A stretch of 64,000 nt of DNA from an uncultured Candidatus Saccharibacteria bacterium (GCA_964639185.1 CAZXCN010000004.1:174-64173), one strand, 5' to 3'; shown: positions 10,864-20,529, counted from the first letter of the stretch. Numbers and translations are program-made. Notes: generated by a model from the letters alone, not told the origin.

Positions 10864-11419
10864 AATTGTTTAACTAAATATTTATAAAGTTACGCTAGCT
10901 TCGACGAGGGTCGGATAATTCCAGACTCCTACACTAGCACCGTATAAACATTTTCTTCGATACACCTTATAAGGATGTATCGTTTGCCCGAACTTTTTCA
11001 TCTTTCATACTTCTCTATCAAAGTAGTATTAACATGATCAAGACGAGCGTGACTAAATCAGAATATTTATATATTTTATTACATCGAGCTCTATCACAAG
11101 ATGAGATAAAAGATTTAAATAAACTGAGTAAGTTTCGAAAAAAGGCCTTGTTCCGACGCTATGTCGGTAACGCCATATATACTATATATAGTACACATGA
11201 CAGACCAATTGAAACGAATAATAATTGTAAACATTGATTACTGCTTACCGTTGAGACGGCGCATGTAATACTTTTGGAAACAATTTGGCTGTATTTTGAT
11301 TCGGTATCAATAAAATACAGTATTCTATTTTCAATGATCCCCCGCGCCTGTAAACAGTGCGAGTACCTATCTGAAATTCCTTATAAATAAGTAATACAGA
11401 CAGATGTTACATGATAGCA
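10864..11419 (-). promoter_or_regulatory. Extended -10 promoter and ~540-nt structured 5' leader with a boxA-like element
   Basis: TGcTATCAT at 11419-11411; at least six hairpins; GATCATTGAAAA at 11339-11328 directly after a hairpin. Confidence 0.55.
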
Positions 11420-11607
11420 TAATATACAAAAATATACCAGTGCTAGCACGTTTAAACATTATACACTACAAACATAAATAAATCATATATTCAATAGTGT
11501 GGATATCTTTAAATTAATACAGTTCTCCAAAGATTTTGAATCTAAGGAAACAACTAATACATAACACAACGATATCTATTTACTATGACGGAGGAATAGG
11601 GCTTTTA

Positions 11608-12510
11608 TTACAAAACGTGATATCTAGACCAACGCTTTTCACCTGATTTACGTATTTGTCCTTTTTGGACTAAATCATTGAGTTCTCTTTGAATTGTCTT
11701 TTCAGAGCAATCTATAAAAGACGAAGATATGTCTTTTATACTAACCCCTGTTTGTCCGTTTGGTGAATTTTTTTTAGAGTTTATTAATTCAATTATTTTA
11801 GATTTTCTATCAGACTTTTCTTCTTTACTAAAAGACTTTTGCAAGAATGAATTCGTTACTTCTGTTTTATTTTTATGAGACAAAATCTCATGTTTTTTTG
11901 TAAAAGACATTATTTGCTTATTGTCCTTTACTTGTCCTTTACTATCAGAAGCTTCTAATTCTTTGTACCAAAAAGGTTTTGCTAATGATGCTGATTCAGC
12001 ATACACAGGAAGTGGTGTGGAAAGCGATTCTTTGTTGATTGTAAATTGTGGAACAGAGCTATTTATAAATGCTGAATTCTCTGATATTGAAGCTTGATTT
12101 TTGTCCTGATATTTAAGTAGTTCTTTACTCAATATATCGAACTCAGATTTAAGAATATTAGTATTCATCTCTGACACAAAACCGATAATAGATGCTATCT
12201 CAACAAAGGATATAATTTCATTAATTTTAAACACACAAGATGATACAGAAAAATGTTTATCAGTAGCTCGCATGCTAGTAAATTTGTGTATGTCTGATAG
12301 TAGGTCTACTCCCAATGATCGCATTTTTAATTTTAGCGCTTCATCGGATTCCATACAGTCAGTAACCATATACAAAGCAGTAACCAACTTTTGTGTCTTT
12401 TTAGTAGCAAACTCTGAAAAAGCATTATTTAATAAGGGTTCTTTATTAATGTCCGTTTGGTTAAAGGTCTTATTGTCTGTTTGATTTTGTATGTCTTTTT
12501 CGTAATTCAT
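11608..12510 (-). CDS. Protein with an N-terminal helical bundle and a C-terminal winged HTH (DeoR-like)
   Basis: C-terminal VSIKDI..CSEKTIQRELNDLVQKGQIRKSGEKRWSRY. Confidence 0.8.
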   Translation of the reverse strand: MNYEKDIQNQTDNKTFNQTDINKEPLLNNAFSEFATKKTQKLVTALYMVTDCMESDEALKLKMRSLGVDLLSDIHKFTSMRATDKHFSVSSCVFKINEIISFVEIASIIGFVSEMNTNILKSEFDILSKELLKYQDKNQASISENSAFINSSVPQFTINKESLSTPLPVYAESASLAKPFWYKELEASDSKGQVKDNKQIMSFTKKHEILSHKNKTEVTNSFLQKSFSKEEKSDRKSKIIELINSKKNSPNGQTGVSIKDISSSFIDCSEKTIQRELNDLVQKGQIRKSGEKRWSRYHVL

Positions 12511-12572
12511 AATTTGTCTTTTAGTAGATTTTATTAAATTGCTTGACCATTATATAACGGACATGAGACATA
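11655..12572. repeat. Dense array of WTGTCY motifs in the HTH gene and its promoter
   Basis: About 17 TGTCY/RGACA copies counted by eye, in both orientations and all reading frames. Confidence 0.65.
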
Positions 12573-12688
12573 ATGCAAGGGTTTTCTTGTAAAGAAATTA
12601 TTGTGTCAGCCATGTGAAATTATTTCATTTTGAGCATGATAAATTCTTACTACTTTCTAATTAATTCATGATATAATTAACAAATATT

Positions 12689-14905
12689 ATGACAAAAAAA
12701 GTTGTTGAAGATGATGAAGATTTTGACGAAGAGGAACCACGCAAATCCACTCGTAAAAATAAAAAATCAGTTAATAAAAAAAGCAAAAAAAAGGTAGAGC
12801 TAAAGGAAGAAACAAGGCATAGTATTATCGGTGTCAGCTTCTTTGTTTTGGGTGTGTTTATTGTTATGTCTTTCTTCCAATCTGCAGGTGTAGCTGGTAG
12901 CTTTTTTTCCAAAATATTTAATTCATTTTTTGGTGTTGGGTACTACTTCTTGCCTATATTGCTCGGTGTTGTAGGGATATCATTTATGCGTACAGGTCGC
13001 CCACAAGTAGCCCGCTTGCATGCAATAACCGGAGCATTAGTACTATTATCTTCCCTCGCTATTATGGACCTAGCAATGAATGGAACAGGTGCTTCTGAAA
13101 ATATATCTATGGGTGGATATCTAGGTAGCTTGTTTGCATATCCATTTGTAAAACTTTTTGGAATTTACGCCAGCTTTTTATTCCTCGGTGCAATACTTAT
13201 AGTTTCATTAATCGTATTATTTGATAACAAGCCAAATCTACTAGGATTCTGGAATAGTATAAAAAATGTACTTTCTAGTAAATTAAATTTCTCTCTATTT
13301 AAATCTAATAAAAATGATGACACTTATGAGGAATACAATTACGAAGAAGAATCAATAGAATCAGAACCTGTAAAAGTTCCTGAAGTACAGACAATGAATA
13401 ATGATGTGGTAGAAGAAAACGAAGAAGAAGAATTTATTCCAAAAAAGAGAAAAATATCCGGCGCTTATGTCCCTCCCCCATTATCATTACTAGAACGCGA
13501 CAAAGGTAAACCAAATGTAGGTGACATTAAATCTAACATGAATATCATTCAGCGGACTCTTGCGAACTTTGGTATTCAAGTCGAGATGGATGAAGTAACC
13601 ATAGGCCCTACAGTTACTCGATACGCATTGAAACCTGCACAAGGTATGAAATTATCACGTATTGTTGGTTTACAAAATGACCTAGCCTTGGCTCTTGCTG
13701 CACACCCTATCCGTATCGAAGCTCCTATTCCTGGTAAATCACTAGTAGGTATCGAGATCCCAAACAAAGTAAAATCAACAGTGGGTCTTGCAACATTGCT
13801 TGCTGATGAGAAATTCCAACAAGCTTCCAAGCCTCTAACAGTAGCTCTCGGTAAAGGGTTGTCTGGACGTGCATACTTTGGCAACTTGGCGAAAATGCCT
13901 CATGCACTAATAGCAGGAGCAACAGGATCAGGTAAATCAGTAACTATCCACTCAGTTATCACCTCACTCCTTTATCGAAATGGCCCCGAAGAAATGCGCA
14001 TGATCATGGTGGATCCAAAACGTGTAGAACTTACCCTTTATAATAAAATTCCACACCTATTAACACCTGTTATAACAGATGCCAAAAAATGTATCTTGGC
14101 GCTTAAATGGGCAGCAAAAGAAATGGATCGTCGTTATGACATGCTAGAGAGCGAAGCTGTGCGCGATATTGAGAGTTATCACAATACAATTCTTCCAAAG
14201 AAAAAGAATATAGAAGAGAGCGACAAGATGCCTTATATAGTTATTATCATTGATGAATTAGCTGATATTATGCAATCTTACCCAAGGGAATTAGAGAGTG
14301 CTATCGTTCGCCTAGCCCAGATGTCACGTGCTGTGGGTATTCACCTTATTCTTTCTACTCAACGCCCATCGGTCAATGTCATCACAGGGCTTATCAAAGC
14401 CAATGTTCCTACTCGTGTAGCTTTACAGGTTTCCTCACAGATCGATTCACGTACAATATTAGATGCTGCTGGTGCTGAGAAGCTCCTAGGTGCAGGAGAT
14501 ATGTTGTATGCTTCAGGTGAGATGAGCCAACCAGAACGCCTACAAAGTGCATTTATATCTGAAGACGAAGTAAAGAAAGTGGTACAATACTTAAAGAGAG
14601 CTTATCAAGACGAACTTCCTGATGAAATAGATCTTTCTGGTACTGTAGATAGTGGTAGTGGATTGTTCAATGCAAGCATGGATGACAATAACGATGATGA
14701 CCTATACGAAGATGCTCGTATAACAGTTATCGAATCAGGAAAAGCGAGTACTTCATACTTGCAACGCAAGCTTGGTGTTGGATACGCTCGTGCTGCAAAA
14801 TTAATAGACATGCTCGAAGATCGTGGAATAGTAGGTCCAGGAAATGGATCCAAGCCTCGTGACGTATTAGAAAAACCAATAAATAACCCAGCTTCAATGG
14901 AATAA
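12689..14905 (+). CDS. ftsK: DNA translocase FtsK/SpoIIIE
   Basis: N-terminal 4TM region, GATGSGKS, IDELAD, STQRPS and gamma domain LQRKLGVGYARAA. Confidence 0.97.
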   Translation: MTKKVVEDDEDFDEEEPRKSTRKNKKSVNKKSKKKVELKEETRHSIIGVSFFVLGVFIVMSFFQSAGVAGSFFSKIFNSFFGVGYYFLPILLGVVGISFMRTGRPQVARLHAITGALVLLSSLAIMDLAMNGTGASENISMGGYLGSLFAYPFVKLFGIYASFLFLGAILIVSLIVLFDNKPNLLGFWNSIKNVLSSKLNFSLFKSNKNDDTYEEYNYEEESIESEPVKVPEVQTMNNDVVEENEEEEFIPKKRKISGAYVPPPLSLLERDKGKPNVGDIKSNMNIIQRTLANFGIQVEMDEVTIGPTVTRYALKPAQGMKLSRIVGLQNDLALALAAHPIRIEAPIPGKSLVGIEIPNKVKSTVGLATLLADEKFQQASKPLTVALGKGLSGRAYFGNLAKMPHALIAGATGSGKSVTIHSVITSLLYRNGPEEMRMIMVDPKRVELTLYNKIPHLLTPVITDAKKCILALKWAAKEMDRRYDMLESEAVRDIESYHNTILPKKKNIEESDKMPYIVIIIDELADIMQSYPRELESAIVRLAQMSRAVGIHLILSTQRPSVNVITGLIKANVPTRVALQVSSQIDSRTILDAAGAEKLLGAGDMLYASGEMSQPERLQSAFISEDEVKKVVQYLKRAYQDELPDEIDLSGTVDSGSGLFNASMDDNNDDDLYEDARITVIESGKASTSYLQRKLGVGYARAAKLIDMLEDRGIVGPGNGSKPRDVLEKPINNPASME

Positions 14906-14909
14906 TATT

Positions 14910-15308
14910 ATGAAAAAGTGGCTAAATACAAAAAGTATAGCATTCTGGACACGAGCTTCTTTATCTGTATTGTTATTTACATTTATTAGCACATATACAT
15001 TTGTACAGATGCGTGAAATATTCTATGGTGTCGATATCAAAGCAAATATTAGTGACTATATAGAGAGTACTCACATATCACAAATATCTGGGCAAGCCAA
15101 GAATGCTATATATCTAACAATCAACGGCAGAGAGATCTCGGTAGATAAAAATGGTTCATTTACAGAGAACATGGCTCTCCCCTACGGATTCTCGATTATT
15201 ACCCTAGTAGCAAAAGATCAATTTGGAAAAATAATAGAAAAAACCATGGAAGTATATACAACGAAAGAAAGATCTGTTGCTTATCAAGTAAAGAACAAAG
15301 ATTTATAA
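14910..15308 (+). CDS. Membrane-anchored Ig-like domain protein
   Basis: N-terminal TM segment, then ISGQAKNAIYLTING..G.F..LPYG...D.FG pattern. Confidence 0.6.
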   Translation: MKKWLNTKSIAFWTRASLSVLLFTFISTYTFVQMREIFYGVDIKANISDYIESTHISQISGQAKNAIYLTINGREISVDKNGSFTENMALPYGFSIITLVAKDQFGKIIEKTMEVYTTKERSVAYQVKNKDL

Positions 15309-15345
15309 TTTATTATTAATAATATAGACATAGTCTAAAATTTAT

Positions 15346-16395
15346 ATGCAGAAAAAAGCAAAAAAAGGGACAAAAGAAATAGGAGCTGGGATCGAAGATA
15401 CAATCCGCTCTATTCAAACAAAATTTGGTGAGGGTGCAATCATGAAGCTCGGAGATTCACCAAAAGTAGATATTGATGTTATTCCTACTGGATCGATCGG
15501 TCTTGATATGGCTCTTGGTGTCGGTGGAGTACCACGTGGACGTATCCTTGAAATATTTGGACCAGAATCAAGTGGTAAGACTACCCTTGCCCTTCACATA
15601 GTAGCTGAAGCTCAAAAGAAAGGTGGGGTTTGTGCTTATATCGACGCAGAACATGCTATGGATCCAGAATACGCAAAGAAGTTAGGTGTAAATATAAAAG
15701 AATTATTAATATCACAGCCAGATACAGGTGAACAAGGTTTAGAAATCACAGAATCACTAGTTCGCTCTGGTAAAATAGACGTTGTTGTTATCGACTCTGT
15801 TGCTGCCCTTACTCCAAAAGATGAAATAGAGGGTGATATGGGTCAAAGTCATATGGGTAAACAAGCTAGATTAATGTCCCAAGCTCTTCGCAAATTGACA
15901 GCTATTGTGGCACGATCCAACACAGTAGTTATATTTATAAACCAGATTCGCATGCAAATAGGTGTCATGTTTGGTAATCCTGAGACTACTCCAGGTGGTA
16001 AGGCTCTTAAATTCTATACATCTGTTCGCCTAGACATACGCCGTATTGCCCAGATAAAAAAGGGTGAAGAAATAGTAGGTAGCCGTACACGAGTAAAAGT
16101 TGTAAAAAACAAAGTAGCAGCCCCATTCAAGCAAACAGAGTTCGATATATTATACGGCGAAGGTATTTCCCGCGAAGGTGAAATCATGGCTCTTGGTGAA
16201 AAGCTCGGCATTATAGACAAGTCTGGTGCCTCATATTCAATGAAAGACAAAGAAGGTAACAAAGTGCCTATGGGACGTGGATATGATGCAACACGCACAT
16301 GGCTAAAGGAAAACAAAAAGGTTGCTGATGCAATACTAAAAGAAGTCCGTTCCCGCTTTGGTGAAATACAGACAGTTGCCGCTAGTGAGGAATAA
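15346..16395 (+). CDS. recA: Recombinase RecA
   Basis: [15 protein letters not shown] and [14 protein letters not shown] motifs. Confidence 0.99.
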   Translation: MQKKAKKGTKEIGAGIEDTIRSIQTKFGEGAIMKLGDSPKVDIDVIPTGSIGLDMALGVGGVPRGRILEIFGPESSGKTTLALHIVAEAQKKGGVCAYIDAEHAMDPEYAKKLGVNIKELLISQPDTGEQGLEITESLVRSGKIDVVVIDSVAALTPKDEIEGDMGQSHMGKQARLMSQALRKLTAIVARSNTVVIFINQIRMQIGVMFGNPETTPGGKALKFYTSVRLDIRRIAQIKKGEEIVGSRTRVKVVKNKVAAPFKQTEFDILYGEGISREGEIMALGEKLGIIDKSGASYSMKDKEGNKVPMGRGYDATRTWLKENKKVADAILKEVRSRFGEIQTVAASEE

Positions 16396-16473
16396 ATATT
16401 TAAAAAAGTATTTCAATACTATGAAATACTTTTTGTGCTTGCCTATAAATTATAAATTTGTTATAAAAAGCTT

Positions 16474-17052
16474 ATGTTAGAATATTCAGAAATAAAGGAA
16501 AAGAAGGTAATAATATACGAGGATGAGCCTTGTGAGGTACTTGAGAGTCATGTAGCCCGTACACAACAGCGTAAACCTCAGAATCAGGTGAAATTAAAGA
16601 GCCTTATTACTGGACGCACTGTAAATACGACTTTCCATGCTTCAGACAAAGCTCATGAAGCTGATGTAAACAAGAAGGAGGTCAAGTTTTTATTTGCAAA
16701 CAAAGGCGAATACTGGTTCTGCGACCCTACCAATCCAAAGGACCGATTCCAGCTTTCCGATATTGTACTAGGTAGTTCTACTAAATTTCTAAAGCCAAAT
16801 GAATTAGTTACTGCTCTTGTTTGGGACAATGATGGCGAGGATCAGATCATAAGTATTAAACTTCCAGTAAAAATGGAATTTATAATCAAAGAGGCACCTC
16901 CCTCAATCAAAGGCAACACTGCAAATGGTGGGGGTAAAGTTGTAGTATTGGAAAATGGAATTAATTTAAATGTCCCCTTCTTCCTAAATACTGGAGACAA
17001 GATTCGTATAAATACAGAAACCGGCGACTACGTAGAAAGAGTAACTGAATAA
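16474..17052 (+). CDS. efp: Elongation factor P
   Basis: KGNTA..GGK and GDKIRINTETGDYVER; the loop reads RTQQRK instead of KPGKG; promoter TTGCCT-17-TATAAA ends 6 nt before the ATG. Confidence 0.9.
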   Translation: MLEYSEIKEKKVIIYEDEPCEVLESHVARTQQRKPQNQVKLKSLITGRTVNTTFHASDKAHEADVNKKEVKFLFANKGEYWFCDPTNPKDRFQLSDIVLGSSTKFLKPNELVTALVWDNDGEDQIISIKLPVKMEFIIKEAPPSIKGNTANGGGKVVVLENGINLNVPFFLNTGDKIRINTETGDYVERVTE

Positions 17053-17059
17053 AATATAA

Positions 17060-17098
17060 ATTAAAAATTCCCTAGGCCTTGCCTAGGGAATTTTTAAT
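17060..17098. terminator. Bidirectional terminator (hairpin copy 1)
   Basis: AAAATTCCCTAGG-ccttg-CCTAGGGAATTTT. Confidence 0.85.
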
Positions 17099-17100
17099 AT

Positions 17101-18174
17101 CTAATCTTGATTTTTAATAAACTCTTTTAATATCTTGTAAAATGTTTCCAAACTTTTTATATCAACCCATTCTTTATCACTTCCTATACCTCCGCCAATA
17201 GGACCAAATTCGATTCCAGCACAACCCACCTTAGAAAAGTGGTTTACATCAGATGTCCCGTGAGCACCACGCACAACCACATTACTCCCTGTAATATTTT
17301 TAGTGATTTTCTGTAAATCAATTAAATATTTATCACTTTTATCCGTAAAAACAGCTGGCTCATTTACTAAAACTTCTAGCTTGAAACCCCTAGGAAGTAT
17401 ATCTTTAATATTTTTAAGGATAGTCTTACTATCTTCTGAAATATATCTTATATCTAAGGACACTTTACAATCATCAGGAATTTTATTAAAAGCTAAATTA
17501 CTTGTTTCTATTTTACTTAAATTTATTGTTGTTACCCATTTTTCAGATATAGGTATCGGAAAATTATTTTTTAAAACAGAAAGAAATTCATTCATTTTCC
17601 AAATTGCATTTTCCCCTTTCCATGGATATGCTCCGTGTGCTGTTAGACCTTTTGTGGAAATGTTTAATTTTAATACTCCTTTTGCTTTATGAACGATATC
17701 AAAATTAGTAGGCTCACCCGCAAGTACAAAATCCGCACGGATACCTTTTTCTACTTGATATTTTGTACCATTAAATCCTCCTATTTCTTCATCTGTAACC
17801 AATTGTAAACCCAAAGGATAATCTACTTTAGTCGCCATATCTTTAAAAGCAAATATCATACATGCAGTATTTGCTTTCATATCCATAGAACCAGCACCAT
17901 ATAGCTTGTTGCCAATTATCCTTGGTGTATATTGTGTATCTTTTGCTGGTATAACATCCAAGTGAGCATTTAATAAAATTTTAAACTTCTTTGGTCTCTT
18001 TTCAGATTTATAAACTAATGCACTTTTAACACCATCTCTTTCAAATCTTTCTATTGTAAAATCTTTTAATTCAAGAAGTGCCAACTCTAAAACATCCCCC
18101 AAAGCTTTTGGGTTTCCTTCAACAGACTTTATAAAAATAAACTTTTTTGATAAAGATAAAATATTTTTTAACAT
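17101..18174 (-). CDS. M20 metallopeptidase (ArgE/DapE family)
   Basis: NAHLDVIP, GAGSMDMK, TDEEIGG, GEPT, AHGAYP and GTSD motifs; start could be 18195. Confidence 0.9.
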   Translation of the reverse strand: MLKNILSLSKKFIFIKSVEGNPKALGDVLELALLELKDFTIERFERDGVKSALVYKSEKRPKKFKILLNAHLDVIPAKDTQYTPRIIGNKLYGAGSMDMKANTACMIFAFKDMATKVDYPLGLQLVTDEEIGGFNGTKYQVEKGIRADFVLAGEPTNFDIVHKAKGVLKLNISTKGLTAHGAYPWKGENAIWKMNEFLSVLKNNFPIPISEKWVTTINLSKIETSNLAFNKIPDDCKVSLDIRYISEDSKTILKNIKDILPRGFKLEVLVNEPAVFTDKSDKYLIDLQKITKNITGSNVVVRGAHGTSDVNHFSKVGCAGIEFGPIGGGIGSDKEWVDIKSLETFYKILKEFIKNQD

Positions 18175-18242
18175 AAATTTTAAATAAAAAACCATATATA
18201 TTACTAAAAAATAACATATATGGTTTTGATTGTATCATACTT

Positions 18243-19517
18243 TTAAACTATCTCTCCAAAAACTGCTTGCCAATTCCCGTGCAGACGGCCTGATTTTACC
18301 TCATTGGAATCATATGGCAAAAACTCTCTGTGTCCACCCATCCAAACAGATATTCCATCAATATTTCCAAAGAATACCCTATCAATATATGCATACCTCA
18401 AACTGTCTTGTGCAATATTGTAAACAGTGGGTGGCTCACGTTCAATTTGAACAATATGTGGTCCACGATTTTTCAAACCATTCTTAACTTTCTTGCGAAA
18501 ATCTCCATCTGTTAAACGTCCTCTAACATGCCCGTAACATCCGTATGTACCTTGTGCTGGCTTTACTCGAATTGATATCTTACCAGACAATACATCTTGA
18601 AAACAAATTTTATGATTTTCTAAATAAAGAACAAATTCTTTTGCATTAAAATCATCAAATGTTTGTAGCAGGAAACCCATAGACATACTAGGCATATACC
18701 ATTTTGCGTCATTTATACGACGCAAATCATGTGAATGCCACTCTGGATTATCAATATTAAGAGTAATACTATTCTCTTTAATAATTTTCCGAAGATGCGG
18801 GATTGATAAAAGAGGATGTTCTACCGTGATACCTGGGTGCTTCAGCTTTTCTACAGGATCAGACGCTCGAACATACAATAAATAACCGCATTCGCCATTA
18901 TTTGATGATAAATAATCAACAAATTCATTCGGTCCAAAGAAGTTATCAAATCCCGAAAGTTCAAAAATTTCTTTCTCACACAATAGCTCATCAATATTTT
19001 TACCAAATTCTGAAGCTTTCATTGAGTCATACTTGTCTTGGGTAACTGCCAAAAGAGCAATGGGCATTCCAAATTTATTACGTAAAGAATTTAGCATGGA
19101 TTCAGTTTGTTCCCCATAAAAGGACTTAACCCCATTATTCTCATACACAGAACGTAATATTTGGTACAAAGCCCAACTATTCTCCATCTCAAAAATTCTT
19201 CCTCGAAGAATTCTCTTCACTTCCCCCACTTGCATGTTCTGCAATTCAAATATCAAGATATCTGTTAAGCCACACATGTCTATTTGAACAATCTGATTAA
19301 CAGGATTACCGTCTATAAAACAGTATCGATAATCTGTTGACCATTCACGATTTGCTTCTACAAGATTAGTAAAAGCTTTATTAGATTCATCGTATAGATC
19401 ACGAAGAGCTTCTACTACAACTTTAGGATACCTGATTTGAAAATCAGGAAATACTTGTGACGGTGATAAAGAAGACTTTGTTTCTTTAAGTACCACATTT
19501 GAATTTACTTTTTGCAT
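18243..19517 (-). CDS. Putative circularly permuted ATP-grasp amide ligase
   Basis: Motif order QID, FEMEN, NDAK, VKPAQGTYG, IVQ, DRVF, GGHR, LHGN mirrors GSP-synthase/CP-ATP-grasp proteins; ATG start at 19517. Confidence 0.55.
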   Translation of the reverse strand: MQKVNSNVVLKETKSSLSPSQVFPDFQIRYPKVVVEALRDLYDESNKAFTNLVEANREWSTDYRYCFIDGNPVNQIVQIDMCGLTDILIFELQNMQVGEVKRILRGRIFEMENSWALYQILRSVYENNGVKSFYGEQTESMLNSLRNKFGMPIALLAVTQDKYDSMKASEFGKNIDELLCEKEIFELSGFDNFFGPNEFVDYLSSNNGECGYLLYVRASDPVEKLKHPGITVEHPLLSIPHLRKIIKENSITLNIDNPEWHSHDLRRINDAKWYMPSMSMGFLLQTFDDFNAKEFVLYLENHKICFQDVLSGKISIRVKPAQGTYGCYGHVRGRLTDGDFRKKVKNGLKNRGPHIVQIEREPPTVYNIAQDSLRYAYIDRVFFGNIDGISVWMGGHREFLPYDSNEVKSGRLHGNWQAVFGEIV

Positions 19518-19605
19518 TTTATTTTTATTTAATTGGTTGGTCGGGGCTTCTAGAATTACCCCGTACAACCAATCAAATATTTTATAAAGAACAATTATTT
19601 TGCAT

Positions 19606-19700
19606 AAAACAAAACCCCTCCAATAATTTGGAGGGGTTTATAATCGAGAAATTTTTACAATAAATCAACGACAAGCCTCTCCAAACTATTTATGTTTGAA
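19606..19700 (-). promoter_or_regulatory. Transcription attenuator upstream of the ATP-grasp gene
   Basis: Terminator AAACCCCTCCAA-atta-TTGGAGGGGTTTTGTTTT; uORF segment TTTGGAGAGGCTTGT can pair with its 5' arm. Confidence 0.7.
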
Positions 19701-19735
19701 TGCCAGAAACTATATCGTGTAAATTTATTACTCAT
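19655..19735 (-). CDS. Leaderless leader peptide MSNKFTRYSFWHSNINSLERLVVDLL (26 aa)
   Basis: ATG 6 nt after TATGAT (19747-19742), TTGACT at 19769-19764; overlaps the antiterminator strand. Confidence 0.65.
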   Translation of the reverse strand: MSNKFTRYSFWHSNINSLERLVVDLL

Positions 19736-19773
19736 AAATCCATCATATAATACTCATTTTAAAAGTCAAGCAA

Positions 19774-19814
19774 TACACAAAATTCCCTAGGCAAGACCTA
19801 GGGAATTTTGTGTA
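19774..19814 (-). terminator. Terminator after rpsR (hairpin copy 2)
   Basis: AAAATTCCCTAGG-caaga-CCTAGGGAATTTT; arms identical to 17064-17094. Confidence 0.85.
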
Positions 19815-19820
19815 TTTAGC

Positions 19821-20021
19821 TTATTTTGCTACGAATGGTAGAAGGCCCATGAAGCGAGCGCGCTTGATAGCTTCAGATAGCTTGCGCTGGTTCTTTGCTG
19901 TCACGTTTGTACGACGGCGTGCCATCATACGAGCGTTTGGAGCAAGGAAACGACGAAGTAATTCTATGTCCTTGTAGTCAATATGCTTTATATTGTTTGA
20001 AGAAAAATAATCTTGTTTCAT
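19821..20021 (-). CDS. rpsR: 30S ribosomal protein S18
   Basis: IDYKD..LLRRF and QRKLSEAIKRARFMGLLPF; no Zn-binding cysteines. Confidence 0.97.
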   Translation of the reverse strand: MKQDYFSSNNIKHIDYKDIELLRRFLAPNARMMARRRTNVTAKNQRKLSEAIKRARFMGLLPFVAK

Positions 20022-20048
20022 AATTTTATAATTTAAACTGTTAATTGT

Positions 20049-20498
20049 TTAGAACGGGATATCCTCAGAAGTTATGTCATCTTGTGGGTAGTCGATAGTA
20101 TCCAAACCACTGTCATCAGATTGTGGAGCTGTCTGCTTTGGGGTAGAACCTTGTGAACCACCTGAGCCACCTGCATTACCGAACTGTACACGATCTGCAA
20201 CTACTTCTGTACGGTACTTCTTTGTACCTGTAGCCTGATCATCCCAACTACGTGTCTGCATACGGCCTTCTACCAATAGGTTGCTACCCTTCTTCATATA
20301 CTGGGCAACTGTTTCAGCTTGGCGACCAAATACAACAACATTATGATAATCAGCAGCTTCCTGTTTTACACCATTCTGGTCCTTCCAGACACGGTTAGTA
20401 GCAACTGAAAAACTGCACACTTTGATACCTGAAGGGAGAGTTTTCAACTCTGGATCGCGAGTTAGGTTCCCTATTATTAATGCTTTATTTAGATACAT
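20049..20498 (-). CDS. ssb: Single-stranded DNA-binding protein
   Basis: NKALIIGNLTRDPEL and C-terminal EDIPF. Confidence 0.98.
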   Translation of the reverse strand: MYLNKALIIGNLTRDPELKTLPSGIKVCSFSVATNRVWKDQNGVKQEAADYHNVVVFGRQAETVAQYMKKGSNLLVEGRMQTRSWDDQATGTKKYRTEVVADRVQFGNAGGSGGSQGSTPKQTAPQSDDSGLDTIDYPQDDITSEDIPF

Positions 20499-20529
20499 AT
20501 AGGTTTATTAGATTAAACTACTAATAACT

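Noticed and set aside
11034-11237. 67-aa plus-strand ORF in the S-layer upstream region
   Set aside because: No recognisable motif or promoter; antisense to a hairpin-rich leader, so likely spurious
10864-11410. tmRNA, RNase P or group I intron as the identity of the long intergenic region
   Set aside because: No tRNA-like ends, no GAGGAAAGTCC and no recognisable intron core by eye; an Rfam scan is still advisable
11608-12689. Replication origin at the divergent HTH/ftsK junction
   Set aside because: No DnaA-box cluster seen, and gene orientation stays mostly minus on both sides; skew was not computed
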